46,163 nt of DNA from Acidobacteriota bacterium (lineage in GTDB: Bacteria > Acidobacteriota > Terriglobia > JAJPHL01 > JAPKYU01). Below the pieces are notes generated by a model. It ran no database searches and was not told where the DNA came from. It was given only the letters and a program-made list of their open reading frames with translations. A program made the translations under genes and the position numbers. The stretch covers positions 1 through 46,163 of the forward strand of contig JAPKYU010000013.1 of the NCBI GenBank assembly GCA_026394175.1. The letters are read 5' to 3'. Numbering within the stretch: position 1 is the first letter of the stretch; each line of letters starts with the position of its first letter. Positions 45,575-46,163 of this stretch are shown piece by piece.

Positions 45575-45970
45575 CTATGCGGGCGTGAACTTCTTGGCCT
45601 CCATCATCATCTTACCGAGCATCCTGCCCAACTGTTCATAATCCGTCGTCAATTGCGCGTGAGCGCCCTCCGATAAATACGCGCAGTCAAAGGCGAAGTC
45701 CAGCCACACCTTTGTTTCAGTTGCCTCGGCGTCGGCATCCGCCATCTTCGAAGAAAACATACTCGGATATTGGCGTTTCCGAAAACCCTCCGCGATGTTG
45801 GCCGCAACACTGCGCGATGAGCGGCGAACCTGGTCGGTCAGGGAGAAGCGCTCATCCTTCGGGAACTTCTTTGAGGCATCGAATATCTGCATGGCCAGCT
45901 TGTAAGCCAACTGATAAGCCCACAGATCGCGATGCCCCCTCAGCGCTGCAGGTTGGTCCGTGTTTTCCAC
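45575..45970 (-). CDS. Four-helix-bundle protein (23S rRNA intervening-sequence protein / Avd-like family)
   Basis: HRDLWAYQLAYKLAMQIF, FSLTDQVRRSSRSVAANIAEG and a C-terminal helix pattern typical of the family. GC is lower than in the flanks. The start is GTG. Confidence 0.8.
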   Translation of the reverse strand: MENTDQPAALRGHRDLWAYQLAYKLAMQIFDASKKFPKDERFSLTDQVRRSSRSVAANIAEGFRKRQYPSMFSSKMADADAEATETKVWLDFAFDCAYLSEGAHAQLTTDYEQLGRMLGKMMMEAKKFTPA

Positions 45971-46010
45971 TTTCTGCCTTCTGCTTTCTGCTTTCCGCCT
46001 TCTGCCTACC
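45967..46010. repeat. Right arm of the GGCRGAA-family inverted repeat
   Basis: CCACTTTCTGCCTTCTGCTTTCTGCTTTCCGCCTTCTGCCTACC, the reverse complement of the left-arm units. It overlaps the enclosed gene's start and the neighbouring gene's stop. Confidence 0.85.
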
Positions 46011-46163
46011 GGACCCAGTCGGCGATGAACACGTTGAACTCGTAGCGCTGCTTGGCGTTGCGGTCGGAAATGAAGACCAGCTTCTTGCCGTCGCGCGAAA
46101 ACATGGGGAAGGAATTGAACCCGCCGGAGCTGGTCACCTGCTCCAGCCCCGTGCCATCGATGT
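46006..46163 (-). CDS. C-terminal fragment of a PD40/TolB-like beta-propeller repeat protein (5' end outside the window)
   Basis: The reverse frame reads ...DGTGLEQVTSSGGFNSFPMFSRDGKKLVFISDRNAKQRYEFNVFIADWVR, then stop (TAG at 46006-46008). Confidence 0.6.
   Translation of the reverse strand, partial: IDGTGLEQVTSSGGFNSFPMFSRDGKKLVFISDRNAKQRYEFNVFIADWVR

Overview
High-GC bacterial chromosomal window (roughly 65-80% G+C in hand-counted lines). It is centred on the replication-origin gene block, mnmE-jag-yidC-yidD-rnpA-rpmH on the minus strand diverging from dnaA-dnaN on the plus strand. It also holds recA and about 35 further, mostly housekeeping, genes. The gene content (VWFA-related protein, several TPR proteins, NfeD/SPFH pair, YfhO-like protein, four-helix-bundle protein) is reminiscent of Acidobacteriota, but I cannot verify taxonomy without a search. 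No rRNA, tRNA, CRISPR array, transposase or integrase was recognised. Many long ORFs in the track are antisense or out-of-frame artefacts of high G+C and were discarded.

Two things are not explained by ordinary annotation.

(1) A visibly lower-GC cassette of about 2 kb (about 1765-3713) is wedged between ubiX and mnmE. It has its own near-consensus promoter and operator-like palindrome, and two overlapping ORFs. One is a 107-aa PD-(D/E)xK-like protein. The other is a 484-aa protein with an unrecognisable helical N-terminal half and a nucleoside-2-deoxyribosyltransferase/TIR-like C-terminal domain. This is my best candidate for an undescribed two-gene conflict or nucleotide-processing system.

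(2) Almost every intergenic gap, and several coding regions, carries a hairpin whose arms are tandem arrays of short units, mostly 7-mers, with a different unit at different loci. In one case the loop of such a hairpin is a complete four-helix-bundle (23S rRNA IVS protein family) gene.

Other observations:
- an 83-bp palindrome embedded in mnmE
- an rnpA frame with no usable start codon downstream of rpmH
- a UvrC N-terminal-half paralog
- an orphan nuoB plus Rieske pair

All functional calls rest on motif recognition by eye. No database search was possible.
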